From an uncultured Acidobacteriota bacterium (GTDB taxonomy: Bacteria > Acidobacteriota > Thermoanaerobaculia > UBA5066), in contig CAIMWE010000041.1 of the NCBI GenBank assembly GCA_903845115.1, forward strand, positions 5,802 to 69,801: a stretch of DNA of 64,000 nt, read 5' to 3'. Positions 19,367 to 35,798 of this stretch are shown here, piece by piece. The notes under the pieces were generated by a model. The model saw nothing but the letters and a program-made list of their open reading frames with translations, searched no databases and was not told the DNA's origin. Numbering within the stretch: position 1 is the stretch's first letter; every line of letters starts with the position of its first letter. The position numbers and the translations under genes were made by a program.

Positions 19367-22000
19367 TTACCCGTTTTCGCCGGAGTCCGCCGGGGGGGGC
19401 GTCTCGCCAGCCTCCGGGTCGTTCGCCGGAAGCTCCTCGGCGACCTCCTCGTCCTTCTCCGCGAGCTTGGCGACCCCGACGACCCGGTCCCCGGGCTCGA
19501 GGTCGATCAGCCGGACCCCCATGGCCGCCCGGCCGGTCTTCCGCACCTCCGAGGCCGCGAGGCGGATGACGATTCCCTGCTGCGAGATCAGGAGGAGCTG
19601 GTCGGACTCCACGATCGACCGGATGCCGGCCACGGGGCCGTTCTTCTCCGTCACCTTGACGTTGATGACCCCGGTCCCTCCGCGGGTCTGGTGCCGGTAC
19701 TCCGCGACGTCGGTCCGCTTGCCGTAGCCGTTCTCGGTCACGGTCACGAGCGTGCCGCTCTCCTCGACCGGGTCCATCTCGACGACGACGTCCCCCTCGT
19801 GCAGCTCGATCCCCTTGACTCCCGTCGTGTCGCGTCCCATCGGCCGGACGTCGCTCTCGGAGAACTTGATCGCCATGCCGTCCCGGGTGCCGAGGAAGAC
19901 GTCCCGGCTGCCGTCCGTGATGTGGACGGAGAGGAGCTCGTCCCCCTCCTCCAGGTTGATCGCGATCAGCCCGCTGGAGCGGATGTTTCCGTAGGCGGAC
20001 AGGAGCGTCCGCTTGACCCGCCCGTTGCGGGTGGCGAAGAGGAGGAAGCGGTCCTCGGAGAAGTCCCGGGTCGTCGTCAGCACGGCCACGCGCTCCCCCG
20101 CCGCGAGCTCCAGGAGGTTGACGAGCGCCTTGCCGCGCGACGCCGGGCCCGCGTCGGGGACCCGGTGGACCTTCAGCCCGTGGACCCGGCCCTGGTTCGT
20201 GAAGACGAGGAGGTGGTCGTGGGTCGAGGCGACGAAGAGCTGCTCGACGACGTCCTCTTCCTTGGTCGCGGCCCCGGTCCGTCCCTTCCCTCCCCGTTTC
20301 TGCTCCCGGTAGGTGGAGAGGCTCGTCCGCTTCGCGTAGCCGTCCCGCGTGACCGTCAGGACCACCGCCTCCTCGGCGATCAGGTCCTCCAGCTCGAGGT
20401 CGGCCGAGGCGGCGACGATCTCGGTCCGGCGCGGGTTCCCGTACTCGGCCTTCACCTCCGCGAGCTCCTGCCGGATGATCGCGCTGACGCGCTCGGGCTT
20501 CGCCAGGATGTCGCGGAGGTCCCGGATCGTGGTGACGATCTCGTGGTACTCGGCGACGATCTTGTCCCGCTCGAGGCCGGTGAGCCTCTGGAGCCGCATG
20601 TCGAGGATCGCCTGGGCCTGGATCACGTCGAGCCGGAGGAGGTCGCCCTCCCGGCGGGCCTTCGCCGGGATCTCCAGCGAGTCGATCCCCAGGAACCGCT
20701 CGAGAGCGCCCTTGTCGAACGACACCTCGGACGTCAGCCGCTCCCGCGCCTCGGCCGGGTCCTTCGAGGAGCGGATGATCGCGATCACCGCGTCGAGGTT
20801 CGCGAGCGCGAGCGCGAGCCCCAGGAGGAGGTGGGCGCGATCCTCGGCCCTGGCCAGGTCGAAGCGCGTGCGCCGGACGACGACCTGGCGCCGGTGGTCG
20901 AGGAAGTGCCGGAGGAGGTCCCTCAGCGGGAGGATCCGCGGCTGGCCGTCCACGATCGCCAGGAAGATGATGCCGAAGGAGGACTGGAGCGGCGTCAGGG
21001 CGAAGAGCTGGTTCCGGACGACCTCGCCGAACTCCCCCTTCTTCAGGTCCACGACGACCCGCATCCCCTCGCGGTCCGACTCGTCGCGGATCGCGGAGAT
21101 CCCCTCGATCCGCTTCCCGTTCACCAGGTCCGCGATCTGCTCGATGAGCCTGGCCTTGTTGACCTGGAACGGGAGCTCGGTGATGACGATCGACTCCCGG
21201 TCCGCGCGGGCCTGTTTCTCGATCTCCGCGCGGCCCCGCACCTGGATGATCCCGCGGCCGGTCCGGTACGCCTCGTGGATCCCGGCGCGCCCGAGGATGA
21301 CGCCGCCGGTCGGGAAGTCGGGGCCGGGGAGGACCCCGAGAAGCGCCTCGACCGGCGCGTCGGGGTCGTCCAGCAGCAGCGTCGCCGCGTCGCACGCCTC
21401 GACCAGGTTGTGGGGCGGGATCTTGGTGGCCATCCCGACCGCGATCCCCTCGGCGCCGTTCACGAGGAGGTTCGGGAACTTCGACGGGAGGACCGTCGGC
21501 TCCTCGAGGGAGCCGTCGTAGGTCGGTGTCCAGTCGACCGTCTCCTTGTCGATGTCGTCCCCGAGGAGCTCCTCCGCCAGGCGGGTGAGGCGGATCTCCG
21601 TGTAACGCATCGCGGCGGCGTTGTCGCCGTCGATCGAGCCGAAGTTCCCCTGCCCGTCCACCAGGCGCTCCCGCATCGAGAAGTCCTGGGCCATCCGGAC
21701 GGCGGTGTCGTAGATCGCGCTGTCCCCGTGCGGGTGGTACTTCCCCATCACGTCGCCGACGATGCGGGCGGACTTCTTGTAGGGCTTGTTGTACCGGTTC
21801 CCCTGCTCCCACATGCCGTAGAGGACGCGGCGGTGGACCGGCTTCAGGCCGTCCCGGACGTCGGGGAGGGCCCGCCCCACGATGACGCTCATCGCGTAGG
21901 CGAGGTAGCTCCGCCGCATCTCCTCCTCGATGGAGACGGGGAAGCGCTGCCCCCGGAGGTCCTCGGCCGGGGCGGTAGGCTTTTCGGGCTCGTCGCTCAT
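19367..22000 (-). CDS. gyrA: DNA gyrase subunit A
   Basis: [28 protein letters not shown], active-site region AAMRYTE, and C-terminal beta-pinwheel repeats; 877 aa. Confidence 0.95.
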   Translation of the reverse strand: MSDEPEKPTAPAEDLRGQRFPVSIEEEMRRSYLAYAMSVIVGRALPDVRDGLKPVHRRVLYGMWEQGNRYNKPYKKSARIVGDVMGKYHPHGDSAIYDTAVRMAQDFSMRERLVDGQGNFGSIDGDNAAAMRYTEIRLTRLAEELLGDDIDKETVDWTPTYDGSLEEPTVLPSKFPNLLVNGAEGIAVGMATKIPPHNLVEACDAATLLLDDPDAPVEALLGVLPGPDFPTGGVILGRAGIHEAYRTGRGIIQVRGRAEIEKQARADRESIVITELPFQVNKARLIEQIADLVNGKRIEGISAIRDESDREGMRVVVDLKKGEFGEVVRNQLFALTPLQSSFGIIFLAIVDGQPRILPLRDLLRHFLDHRRQVVVRRTRFDLARAEDRAHLLLGLALALANLDAVIAIIRSSKDPAEARERLTSEVSFDKGALERFLGIDSLEIPAKARREGDLLRLDVIQAQAILDMRLQRLTGLERDKIVAEYHEIVTTIRDLRDILAKPERVSAIIRQELAEVKAEYGNPRRTEIVAASADLELEDLIAEEAVVLTVTRDGYAKRTSLSTYREQKRGGKGRTGAATKEEDVVEQLFVASTHDHLLVFTNQGRVHGLKVHRVPDAGPASRGKALVNLLELAAGERVAVLTTTRDFSEDRFLLFATRNGRVKRTLLSAYGNIRSSGLIAINLEEGDELLSVHITDGSRDVFLGTRDGMAIKFSESDVRPMGRDTTGVKGIELHEGDVVVEMDPVEESGTLVTVTENGYGKRTDVAEYRHQTRGGTGVINVKVTEKNGPVAGIRSIVESDQLLLISQQGIVIRLAASEVRKTGRAAMGVRLIDLEPGDRVVGVAKLAEKDEEVAEELPANDPEAGETPPPADSGENG

Positions 22001-22001
22001 C

Positions 22002-25633
<3,632 letters not shown>

Positions 25634-25660
25634 GCGTCTTAAGTTTCCGGACCCGCCCGT

Positions 25661-26785
25661 TCAGGTCCGGAGCGGCATCACGACGTAGAAGTAGTTCGTC
25701 AAGCCGGGAATCGGACCGGACGGCCGCCCCTGGCACTGGGACTGCTCGTCCTTGAGGAACAGGTGAACTTCCTTGGTCTCCGCGACCTCCAGAAACTGCT
25801 CGAGATACCGTGCGTTGAGCCTCAGCGTCACCGGCTCGTCGTCGTAGGTCGCCGCGATCTCCTGGTCTCCGTCGCCGACCTCCTGGCTCTCCGAGGAGAC
25901 GATCGCCGCGCCGCTCTTGAGCGAGAGGGAGATGGCCTTCGTCTTGTCTCCGGAGAGGAGGGAGATCCTCTTCACGGCGCTCAGGAGCTCCTCCCGGTCG
26001 ATGACGGCCTTGCGGTTGTTCTCCTTGCTGATCACCTTCTCGTAGTCGGGAAAGCGGCGCTCCTCCAGCTTCGAGAAGAGGCGGCGGCTTCCCACCGAGA
26101 AGCCTATATGGTTCGTCCCCCGGATGATCGTCACGGGAGTCTCACCCGGGACGTCGAGCCGGCTCAGCTCGTCCAGGATCTTCTTCGAGACGAGAACGGG
26201 CTCGAACCCTTGTTCCGCCTGCACCCCGTCGACCTCCACGAGCGCCAGGCGGTGGCCGTCCGTCGCGGCCATCTCCACCCCGGACCCCTTCGGTTTCAGG
26301 AGCGCCCCCTGGAGCTGGAGCCGGATCTCCTCGACGGAGACGGCGAACCGGACCTTCTCCACCATCCGCTCGAGCGAGCCGAAGGACATCGTCAACGTGG
26401 GCCCGCCGGCGGCCTCGGGTCGCGTGGGATAGTCGGTGGCGGGCAGGCCGTTGAGCCGGATGCGGATCTTCGGGCTCTTGCAGTCCAGCTGGACGTGGTG
26501 GTTCTCGAGGACCTTCAGCTTCAGCACGGCGTCGTCCGGAAGCTCCCGGACCACGTCGTACAGACGGCGCGCCGGGACCGTGACGGCCCCGGACACGTTG
26601 ACGGTCACTCCCGCCACCTCGGAGAGAAACGTGGTGTCCAGATCGGTCGCCGTGAGGGTGAGCGTGTCCCCCTTCGCCTCGAGGAGGACGTTGCTCAGGA
26701 TCTGGTGAGTCGTCCGTTTCTCGATGACTCCCTGCATCAGTCCGAGCTCACGAGCGAGGAGCGAAGCCGGAAGAGTCAGCTCCAC
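25661..26785 (-). CDS. dnaN: DNA polymerase III beta sliding clamp
   Basis: Three-domain beta-clamp layout of 374 aa, with C-terminal ...YVVMPLR. Confidence 0.9.
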   Translation of the reverse strand: MELTLPASLLARELGLMQGVIEKRTTHQILSNVLLEAKGDTLTLTATDLDTTFLSEVAGVTVNVSGAVTVPARRLYDVVRELPDDAVLKLKVLENHHVQLDCKSPKIRIRLNGLPATDYPTRPEAAGGPTLTMSFGSLERMVEKVRFAVSVEEIRLQLQGALLKPKGSGVEMAATDGHRLALVEVDGVQAEQGFEPVLVSKKILDELSRLDVPGETPVTIIRGTNHIGFSVGSRRLFSKLEERRFPDYEKVISKENNRKAVIDREELLSAVKRISLLSGDKTKAISLSLKSGAAIVSSESQEVGDGDQEIAATYDDEPVTLRLNARYLEQFLEVAETKEVHLFLKDEQSQCQGRPSGPIPGLTNYFYVVMPLRT

Positions 26786-27030
26786 ATCGGCTCCTGGTTC
26801 ATCATCATTTTGGTCTCCATCTAGGTCCCGTAGGATCAGTCGTAGGGGGTCTCTACGAGATGGATTCTAAGAAGCCACATATCCGCAATGGTTTGTAACA
26901 CAGATTGCCTGTGAAATTCCAGGGTGGGTGTCTGTGGAAAGAAATTGTGGCCGCCGCCGATCGGGGAAAATTGCCGGGTCCCGCGGGGGGCTGTGAAAAA
27001 CGCCTGTGGATAGAGGAATTTAATGCCTGT
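26786..27030. other. candidate oriC / DnaA-box cluster in the dnaA-dnaN spacer
   Basis: DnaA-box-like 9-mers read directly: TGTGGATAG (27005..27013, 8/9 to TGTGGATAA), TGTGGAAAG (26933..26941), TGTGAAAAA (26992..27000), TGTGAAATT (about 26910) and, on the other strand, ATATCCGCA (26879..26887). The spacer is visibly less GC-rich than its flanks (GAATTTAATG, CATTTTGG). An origin function is inferred. Confidence 0.45.
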
Positions 27031-28344
27031 TCATCGGTACTGGGAGATGAATCCCGCGACCAGGCGGTTGAATTCGGCGTCCTCCTCGCGGCGGGCGGCG
27101 ATCTTCCGGATCGAGTGCAGCACGGTCGTGTGGTGCTTGTCGGCGAAGAGCCGCGCGATCTCGGGGAGGGAAAGGGACGTCGATTCCTTCAGGACGTACA
27201 TGGCGACCTGGCGGGGAAAGACGATCTGCTCCTTCTTGGTCTTGGCGCGCAGCTCGCTGGGCTTGAGACCCCAGTGAGCGGCGACGGCGCGGAGGATCTC
27301 CGCCGGCGAGGTCGTCTGCTCGGCGTCCCGGAGGACGTCCTTGAGGGCCTCCTTGGCGAGGTCGAGGGAGATGGCTTCTCCCCTCATCTCGGAGAAGATG
27401 GCGACCCGCTCGAAGTAGCCGGCCAGCTGCCGGACGTTCGTCTTGATCTTCAGGGCGAGGAAGAAGGCGACGTCGTCCTCGAGCGTGACCTGCCGGGCCT
27501 CGGCCTTCTGCCGGAGGATCGCGACGCGCGTCTCCAGCTCGGGAGGCTGGACATCGACGATCAGGCCTCCCTCGAAGCGCGACTTCAGCCTCTCGTTCAG
27601 CCCCGGGATCTCGCGGGGGAGGACGTCGGACGAGAAGACGATCTGGTGGCCGTCGTCGTAGAGCGCGTTGAACGTGTTGAAGAGCTCGTTCTCGGAAACT
27701 TCCTTGCCGATGACGAACTGGACGTCGTCGAGCAGGAGGATGTCGGCGGCGCGGAATCGCGTCCGCACGGACTCCATCTTGTTGAACCGGACCCCGAGGA
27801 CGACCTCGTTGACGAAGGTCTCGGACGTCACGTAGATGACCTTGTCCCCGGGCTGCCGCGAGAGGCGGCGATGACCGATCGCCTGCATCAGGTGCGTCTT
27901 GCCGAGTCCGGCGCCGCCGCAGATGAAGAGGGGGTTGTACTGCCGCGTGCCCTTCTCCGCGACGCGGAGGGCGGCGGCGTGGGCCAGGCGGTTCGAGTTC
28001 CCGGTCACGAAGTTCTCGAAGGTGTAGGCCGTGTTCAGGGTCCCCGTCCTCTTCTTCACGACGACCGGGCCCTTGATGGCGGCGATCGTGGAGCTGGGGT
28101 CGCCGTCGGCGCCGAAGCGGATCTCCCGGCCTCCGAGGCCGGCGAGCTGGGCCGCCTCCGAGATCTGGGTCGCGAAGTTCTCGGAGATCCAGCTGGCGTA
28201 GAGCGGGGAGTTCACCTGAACGCTCAGGACCTCGGGAGTCTCGTGGCGCTGCTTGGTGCCGAGGAACCACGTCTCGAAGTCCCTCTCGTCGATTCGAGGC
28301 TTCAAGTGCTCCAGGACCTTTTCCCAGGCTGTAGGCTTCTCCAC
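27031..28344 (-). CDS. dnaA: chromosomal replication initiator DnaA
   Basis: AAA+ region [17 protein letters not shown], sensor and arginine-finger regions, and C-terminal DNA-binding domain (VAMYVLKE..., TVLHSIRK). Start trimmed to an in-frame GTG about 28344 preceded by GGGAGG, giving [14 protein letters not shown] near the N-terminus. Confidence 0.9.
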   Translation of the reverse strand: MEKPTAWEKVLEHLKPRIDERDFETWFLGTKQRHETPEVLSVQVNSPLYASWISENFATQISEAAQLAGLGGREIRFGADGDPSSTIAAIKGPVVVKKRTGTLNTAYTFENFVTGNSNRLAHAAALRVAEKGTRQYNPLFICGGAGLGKTHLMQAIGHRRLSRQPGDKVIYVTSETFVNEVVLGVRFNKMESVRTRFRAADILLLDDVQFVIGKEVSENELFNTFNALYDDGHQIVFSSDVLPREIPGLNERLKSRFEGGLIVDVQPPELETRVAILRQKAEARQVTLEDDVAFFLALKIKTNVRQLAGYFERVAIFSEMRGEAISLDLAKEALKDVLRDAEQTTSPAEILRAVAAHWGLKPSELRAKTKKEQIVFPRQVAMYVLKESTSLSLPEIARLFADKHHTTVLHSIRKIAARREEDAEFNRLVAGFISQYR

Positions 28345-28451
28345 GGGCCTCCCACCGCCCTTCGATCCGTACGAACGAAAACGGGCCGGGATGCTAGCAC
28401 GCGGCCGGACGGGCAAAGCGGTCCGGCCGAAAAACGGTGTTGACAGGAGGA

Positions 28452-28486
28452 CCGAGCCTCAGCAGAATACTTGGCCCCTTGATTCT
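28452..28486 (+). promoter_or_regulatory. candidate sigma70-type promoter for rpmH (TTGACA -35 at about 28452..28457, with AGAATA/CAGAAT-like -10 about 17-18 nt downstream)
   Basis: Read directly: GGTGTTGACAGGAGGACCGAGCCTCAGCAGAATACTTGG, about 30 nt upstream of the rpmH ATG. Promoter function inferred. Confidence 0.3.
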
Positions 28487-28511
28487 CAAGGAGATAGGCG
28501 AAGTGAAGCTA

Positions 28512-28649
28512 TGACGAAACGAACTTTCCAGCCGAACAATCGGCACCGCAAGCGAACCCACGGATTCCTCGTCCGGATGCGTACGAAGAGCGGCCGGGCA
28601 GTCCTGGCCAGGAGACGGGCCAAGGGGCGCAAGGTCCTTTCGGCCTGAG
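28512..28649 (+). CDS. rpmH: 50S ribosomal protein L34
   Basis: [45 protein letters not shown], the canonical L34 sequence. It is the terminal part of ORF 28253..28648, ATG at 28512. Confidence 0.88.
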
Positions 28650-28667
28650 CCGAAGCCTGTTCCGGGA

Positions 28668-29036
28668 ATGAACGGCGAGGTCTTCCCGCGGAGCCATCGC
28701 CTCGCCAGGCGATCCGATTTCCGGAAGACCTACGACGAGGGAAGAAAGCTCGCCGGCCGGTACCTGGTCCTGTTCGTCCGTCCGAACGGGGCCGGGACCA
28801 TCCGCCTCGGGCTGACCGTCACGAAGAGGATCGGGTGCGCGGTGGAGCGGAACAGGGCCCGGCGGAGGCTGCGCGAGATCTTCCGGAGGGAGGCGCGAGC
28901 GACCCTGGAACGAAACCGCTGGACCGGGACCGACGTCGTGGTGAACCTCCGGGAGGGAGCCGCCGGGGCGGGAGTTCGCGATCTGTCCGACGACTTCGGC
29001 CGGCTCCTCCGCCGTCTCGGAGAGCGCCCCGCGTGA
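28668..29036 (+). CDS. rnpA: ribonuclease P protein component
   Basis: [27 protein letters not shown] with the RNR motif region (NRARRRLRE); 122 aa, directly after rpmH. Confidence 0.85.
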   Translation: MNGEVFPRSHRLARRSDFRKTYDEGRKLAGRYLVLFVRPNGAGTIRLGLTVTKRIGCAVERNRARRRLREIFRREARATLERNRWTGTDVVVNLREGAAGAGVRDLSDDFGRLLRRLGERPA

Positions 29037-29287
29037 GTTCGATCTCCGGGACGCCGGCCCGGCTGGGGTCGTCGCTGCCGGCGAGGGCGGCGGTGCGGGG
29101 GCTCACGTTCTACAAGAGGTTCCTCTCCCCGCTCCTCCCGGCGGCGTGCCGGTTTCTTCCGACCTGCTCCGAATACGCCAGCGAGGCGGTTCGGCGCCAC
29201 GGTTTTCGGCGCGGGAGCGCGCTCACCATCCGGCGGCTGATGCGCTGCCACCCGTTCCATCCCGGGGGATACGATCCGGTTCCCTGA
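29033..29287 (+). CDS. yidD: membrane protein insertion efficiency factor YidD
   Basis: [22 protein letters not shown]...G...G..L...[14 protein letters not shown], the YidD signature. Start ambiguous: GTG at 29033 overlapping the rnpA stop (GTGA), or GTG about 29084. Confidence 0.72.
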   Translation: MSSISGTPARLGSSLPARAAVRGLTFYKRFLSPLLPAACRFLPTCSEYASEAVRRHGFRRGSALTIRRLMRCHPFHPGGYDPVP

Positions 29288-29320
29288 GGGACCGGTCCTC
29301 TTCGCCAAGCAGGAGCACTC

Positions 29321-30991
29321 TTGGACTTCAAACGCCTCTCGATCGCCTTCATCCTCTCGGCGGCCGTCCTGATCCTCTGGCCGAGGCTCTTCCCGCCTCC
29401 GCCGACCCCGGAGCCGGGGAAGCCGGCCGCCGTTCCGACGGCGGGTCCGGCCAGCGCCGGGACTCCGCCCGCCGCGGTTACGTCGGCGGCGGCGGCGAAG
29501 GGCGCGCAGGCGCCGGGGGCCGGGAAACAGGCGGTCGCGGCCACGGTCGCGGTCCCGCCGGTCACGGCGGCGGAGGCGAGGGACGTCGTCGTCTCGACGC
29601 CGCTCTATGAGGCGAGGCTCTCCAACCAGGGAGGAGACCTCGTTTCCTGGACGCTCCGGAAGTTCAAGGACGGCGCCGGGAAGGACCTCGATCTCGTCCG
29701 GCGGACCGTGCCGTTCCCCGGGCGCATCGTCCGCCTCGACCCGGCCGACCCGTTCGCCGCCCGCGCGGCCACGGCCCTCTACGCGGTGACGAGGGAGACG
29801 AAGGGTCTCGACGCGGTCGTGCGGTTCCACTACCGGGAGGCGACCGGAGAGGGGATCGAACGGACCTGGACGTTCGGGCCGGGGTACGTCGTGGGGCTGA
29901 GGGTCCAGCGGGAGGGCTCGACCCTTCCGGTCGGTGTCGTCCTCGGCCCTGGAATCGGGAATCCGTCGGAGGAAGACCTCAAGACCTCCTACACCAAGCC
30001 CGGGGCGACGATCGTCCTCCGGCACGGCGGATCGGTCGACCGGAAGGCCAAGGACGACCTCAAGGAACCGGTCCCCGCGGGAGCTGACCTCGTGGCGGCC
30101 GGGCTGGAGGACAACTACTTCCTGACGGCATTCCTGCCGCGAGGCGGGGCCTCCGCCCTCCTCCGCCCGGTGAAGATCCAGGCCGGGAAGGAGGAGCCGC
30201 TCCTGGAGAGCGAGGTCGTCCTGTCCGGAGCGGGAGTGGTCGACGCCGACCTCTTCCTCGGCCCGAAGGACCTCGACCTCCTCGAGAAGCTCCGGCCCGG
30301 GATGGACAAGCTGATCGACTACGGGTGGTTCGCGATCCTCGCCAAGCCGCTCCTCTGGGTCCTGAAGTGGATCCAGGGGTGGGTCGTGAACTGGGGCCTC
30401 GCCATCATCGGCATCACGTTCCTGATCAAGGTCGTCCTGTTCCCTCTGACGTACAAGCAGCTCGTGTCGATGAAGAAGATGAGCTCGCTCCAGCCGAGGG
30501 TGGAGACGATCCGCGCGAAGTGGTCGACCAAGCTGAAGTCCGATCCGCAGGCGCGCGTGAAGATGAACGAGGAGATGATGAACCTCTACAAGACGGAGGG
30601 GGTGAACCCGGCCGGCGGCTGCCTCCCGCTCGTCTTGCAGATGCCGATCCTGATCGCGTTCTACCAGATGCTCGCGCACGCGATCGAGCTGCGGCACGCG
30701 CCGTTCTGGCTGTGGATCCAGGATCTCTCCGCGAAGGACCCGTACTACGTCACGCCGATCCTGATGACGGCGACGATGTGGATCCAGCAGCAGATGACCC
30801 CCTCGACCGGGGACGCGACGCAGAAGAAGATCCTCGCCGCCATGCCCCTCGTGTTCGGCTTCATGTTCAAGGACATGCCGTCGGGGCTCGTTCTCTACTG
30901 GCTCGTCCAGAACGTCCTGACGATCGCCCAGCAGATGCTCCTGAACCGATACACCGACCTCGGGCCGGTCGCCGTCCCGAAGAAGGCCTGA
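29321..30991 (+). CDS. yidC: membrane protein insertase YidC
   Basis: N-terminal TM segment, large periplasmic domain, and conserved C-terminal 5-TM core (GWFAILAKPLLWVLKW...GCLPLVLQMPILIAFYQML); 556 aa. Confidence 0.92.
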   Translation: MDFKRLSIAFILSAAVLILWPRLFPPPPTPEPGKPAAVPTAGPASAGTPPAAVTSAAAAKGAQAPGAGKQAVAATVAVPPVTAAEARDVVVSTPLYEARLSNQGGDLVSWTLRKFKDGAGKDLDLVRRTVPFPGRIVRLDPADPFAARAATALYAVTRETKGLDAVVRFHYREATGEGIERTWTFGPGYVVGLRVQREGSTLPVGVVLGPGIGNPSEEDLKTSYTKPGATIVLRHGGSVDRKAKDDLKEPVPAGADLVAAGLEDNYFLTAFLPRGGASALLRPVKIQAGKEEPLLESEVVLSGAGVVDADLFLGPKDLDLLEKLRPGMDKLIDYGWFAILAKPLLWVLKWIQGWVVNWGLAIIGITFLIKVVLFPLTYKQLVSMKKMSSLQPRVETIRAKWSTKLKSDPQARVKMNEEMMNLYKTEGVNPAGGCLPLVLQMPILIAFYQMLAHAIELRHAPFWLWIQDLSAKDPYYVTPILMTATMWIQQQMTPSTGDATQKKILAAMPLVFGFMFKDMPSGLVLYWLVQNVLTIAQQMLLNRYTDLGPVAVPKKA

Positions 30992-31024
30992 GCGGCCGGC
31001 CCGGCCGGGCGCTCCGTTTCCACC

Positions 31025-32368
31025 GTGGGCCGACTCGTCCCCGACGCGGCGGGCCTGGGGGACGTCATCGTCGCGCCGGCGACCCCGCCGGGGACCTCGG
31101 CGCTCGCCGTCGTGCGGTTCTCGGGCCCGCACGGGACGACCCTGCCCGTCGTCCGCCGCCTCGCGCCGGACCTTCCGGACGGGCTGCTCCCGCGGGAGGC
31201 TCGGCTCACCGAGGTGGTCGACGCCCGCGGGGCCCTCCTCGATCGGGCGATCCTCCTCTTCTTCGAGGGACCGCGTTCGTCCACCGGGGAGGATGTCGTC
31301 GAGATCCACTGCCACGGCTCCCCCGCCGTGGTGCGCGCGGTGATCGACGCGGCGGTCGCCGCGGGAGCCCGGCCCGCCAGGAAGGGCGAGTTCACCCGGC
31401 GCGCGCTCGGGAACGGGAAGCTGGACCTCGTGGAGGCGGAAGGCGTGGCGCTCCTCTGCTCGTCGGAGAGCCGGGCGCGGGCCGGGCGGGCGATCGGGAT
31501 GGCGAGCGGCCTCCTCTCCCGGCAGGTCGGGGAGATCCGCTCGGCCGTTCTCGACCTCCTCGCGGAGACGGAGGCCGCGCTCGATTTTCCGGACGACGTC
31601 CCGATCGCCGCCCCGGAACGGAGGACCGAAGAGATCCTCGGCCTCCTCTCCCGCCTTCTCGCCGGCCGGCTGGTGCAGACCGGAGAGAGGATCCCGACGG
31701 TGGCGATCGTGGGGAGGCCGAACGCCGGCAAGTCGAGCCTCTTCAACGCGCTCCTGGGGGCCGACCGGGCGATCGTCACGGCGGAGCCGGGCACGACGCG
31801 GGACGTGATCGGCGAGACGGCCGAGATCCGCGGCGAGGCGCTGCGGCTCTACGACACGGCGGGAATCCGTCCGGCGAGGAGCGAGGCCGAGCGGCTCGGG
31901 GTGGAGGCGGCCGAGCGGGCGGCGGAGAGCGCCGATCTCGTCCTCGAGGTGATCGACGGGGCCGTCGACGGGGGGGGGCCGGAGCCGGAGGGACCGCGGG
32001 CCGATCGCGGCTCCCGGCGAATCGTGGTCGAATCGAAGAGGGACCTCTGGGGGGACCGGCGCCCCGCCCGGGAGGGCGCGCTCGCGGTTTCGGTCGTCTC
32101 CGGCGACGGGCTGGGAGACCTCCGGGACGAGATCGAGAGGGCGCTTTCGGGGGTGGAGACGGAGGGCGAGGTGGCCCTCCTGGAGAGGCACCGGCGGGCT
32201 TTGCTCGAGACGGACCTCGCGGTGCGCGAGGCCGCCGGCCGATCCGAGCCGGAGCTGGCCGCGGCCGATCTCCGGCGGGCGTTGACGGCCCTGGGCGAGA
32301 TCACGGGAGAGACGGCCACGGAGGAGCTTCTGGACAGGATCTTCGCCGGCTTCTGCCTCGGGAAATGA
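31025..32368 (+). CDS. mnmE: tRNA modification GTPase MnmE (TrmE)
   Basis: G-domain motifs GRPNAGKSSLFNAL, DTAG, and C-terminal ..CLGK; 447 aa. Confidence 0.9.
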   Translation: MGRLVPDAAGLGDVIVAPATPPGTSALAVVRFSGPHGTTLPVVRRLAPDLPDGLLPREARLTEVVDARGALLDRAILLFFEGPRSSTGEDVVEIHCHGSPAVVRAVIDAAVAAGARPARKGEFTRRALGNGKLDLVEAEGVALLCSSESRARAGRAIGMASGLLSRQVGEIRSAVLDLLAETEAALDFPDDVPIAAPERRTEEILGLLSRLLAGRLVQTGERIPTVAIVGRPNAGKSSLFNALLGADRAIVTAEPGTTRDVIGETAEIRGEALRLYDTAGIRPARSEAERLGVEAAERAAESADLVLEVIDGAVDGGGPEPEGPRADRGSRRIVVESKRDLWGDRRPAREGALAVSVVSGDGLGDLRDEIERALSGVETEGEVALLERHRRALLETDLAVREAAGRSEPELAAADLRRALTALGEITGETATEELLDRIFAGFCLGK

Positions 32369-34293
<1,925 letters not shown>

Positions 34294-34297
<4 letters not shown>

Positions 34298-34968
34298 CGG
34301 TGAGGATGCCGGAGCGGACCGAGGTCGAACGGACCCTCGCGGAGGCCCTCGGGCCCGCCGCCGTCCTGGACGGCGATCTCCTCGGACGGTGCGCGGGCCA
34401 GCTGGAGGAGTACCTGCAGTACCTCGCGGAGGTGAACGACCGGATGAACCTCGTCTCCCGGCGGGCGGCCTCCCCGGGGGAGCTCGTCTCGAGGCACCTC
34501 CTGGATTCTCTCCGGGGCCTCCCGCTCCTCCCCCCCCCCGGCCCACGCCGCCTGACCCTCGTGGACGTCGGCTCCGGAGGCGGTTTCCCGGCGATCCCCC
34601 TGCTCGTCGTCCGACCGGACCTCGACGGCTGGCTGTTCGAGTCCACGACGAAGAAAGCGAGGTTCCTGGGCGAGGTCGTGGCCCGGCTCGCGTTGACGTC
34701 CACGGTCGTCAACGCTAGATTCCCCAGTTCGACCCCGATGAAGCAGATGCCGCCCATCGATATCCTGACGACTCGTGCCGTCGCGGACGCGGGCCAGCTG
34801 GTCCGCGCCGCCCGGCCCTGGATGGCGAGGGACGGGATCGCCCTTCTCTGGACGACCAGGAGACTCTTCGAGGCCGCGGTGCGCGAGAGCGGAACGCACA
34901 GAGGGGCGTTCCATGAAACGCCAGGTACCGAACAGGCTGGGATAGCGGCCTTGGAGCGTTCCACGTGA
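34294..34968 (+). CDS. rsmG: 16S rRNA (guanine527-N7)-methyltransferase RsmG (GidB)
   Basis: Its ATG overlaps the mnmG stop (ATGA). SAM motif LVDVGSGGGFPAIPL; about 224 aa. It is the C-terminal part of the long ORF 33031..34968. Confidence 0.85.
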
Positions 34969-35798
34969 AACAATGCACAGGGAATTCCACCGACGGGAAG
35001 CGGGCGCCGATCTTCGCCGTCGCGAACCAGAAGGGCGGCGTCGGGAAAACCACGTCCGCCATCAGCCTGGCCGCGGCGCTCGCGATCCTGGAAAGAAAGG
35101 TCCTCCTCGTCGATTTCGATCCCCAGGGGAACACGACGGGCGGACTCGGGTGCGACAAGCAGGCCCTCGGATCGACCGTCTACGACTGGCTCCTGGGGGG
35201 GGCGCCGTTCCAGTCCGTGGTCCGCTCGACGGACCTCAAGTTCCTGAGTCTCCTTCCGGCGAATCGGGACCTGGTGGGGGCCGAGGTGGAGCTGGTGGGG
35301 GCCGATCGCCGCGAGTACCTCCTGCGGGACCTGGTGGAGGAGCGGAGGGACGAATACGACTTCATCGTCGTCGACTGCCCCCCTTCCCTCGGGCTCCTGA
35401 CCCTCAACGCCCTCACCGCGGCGCAGGGCGTGATCATCCCGATCCAGTGCGAGTACTTCGCGCTCGAGGGGGTCTCCGAGCTCCTCGCCACGATCGAGCG
35501 CGTCCGCGACCAGCTCAACCCGGCCCTCGCGGTCCGGGGGGTGATCGCCACGATGTGGGACGAACGGACCAACCTCTCACGGCAGGTCCTCGAGGAGCTC
35601 CGGAAATACTTCGGGCCGGTCCTCTTCCAGCAGGTCGTCCCCCGGAACGTCAGGCTCGGCGAAGCGCCCTCCTTCGGCAAGCCGATCTTCCTCTACGACC
35701 TGAAGTCGAAGGGAGCCGAGGCCTACCTGGCGATCGCCCGCGAGCTCCTCGCCCGTGAAGCGTCGGAGCCGGCGGCGGTGGCGGGAGGCGGCGAATGA
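34965..35798 (+). CDS. parA: chromosome partitioning ATPase ParA (Soj)
   Basis: Deviant Walker A motif ANQKGGVGKTTSAISLAAALA, and DCPPSLG; 277 aa. Confidence 0.9.
   Translation: MKQCTGNSTDGKRAPIFAVANQKGGVGKTTSAISLAAALAILERKVLLVDFDPQGNTTGGLGCDKQALGSTVYDWLLGGAPFQSVVRSTDLKFLSLLPANRDLVGAEVELVGADRREYLLRDLVEERRDEYDFIVVDCPPSLGLLTLNALTAAQGVIIPIQCEYFALEGVSELLATIERVRDQLNPALAVRGVIATMWDERTNLSRQVLEELRKYFGPVLFQQVVPRNVRLGEAPSFGKPIFLYDLKSKGAEAYLAIARELLAREASEPAAVAGGGE

Noticed and set aside
18405-21812. 1135-aa ORF on the minus strand. Similar giant ORFs occur at 14496..18062 (1188 aa), 28730..34546 (1938 aa), 9385..11808, 38068..40455 and 18710..22045.
   Set aside because: They are Arg/Gly/Pro/Asp-rich and low-complexity, and lie antisense to or out of frame with strongly recognisable genes (gyrA/gyrB, yidC/mnmE/mnmG, topA, atpA). 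This is the typical open-frame artefact of very GC-rich DNA. Only the recognisable in-frame terminal parts were kept: the 94-aa ORF, the enoyl-CoA hydratase, DprA, TpiA and so on.
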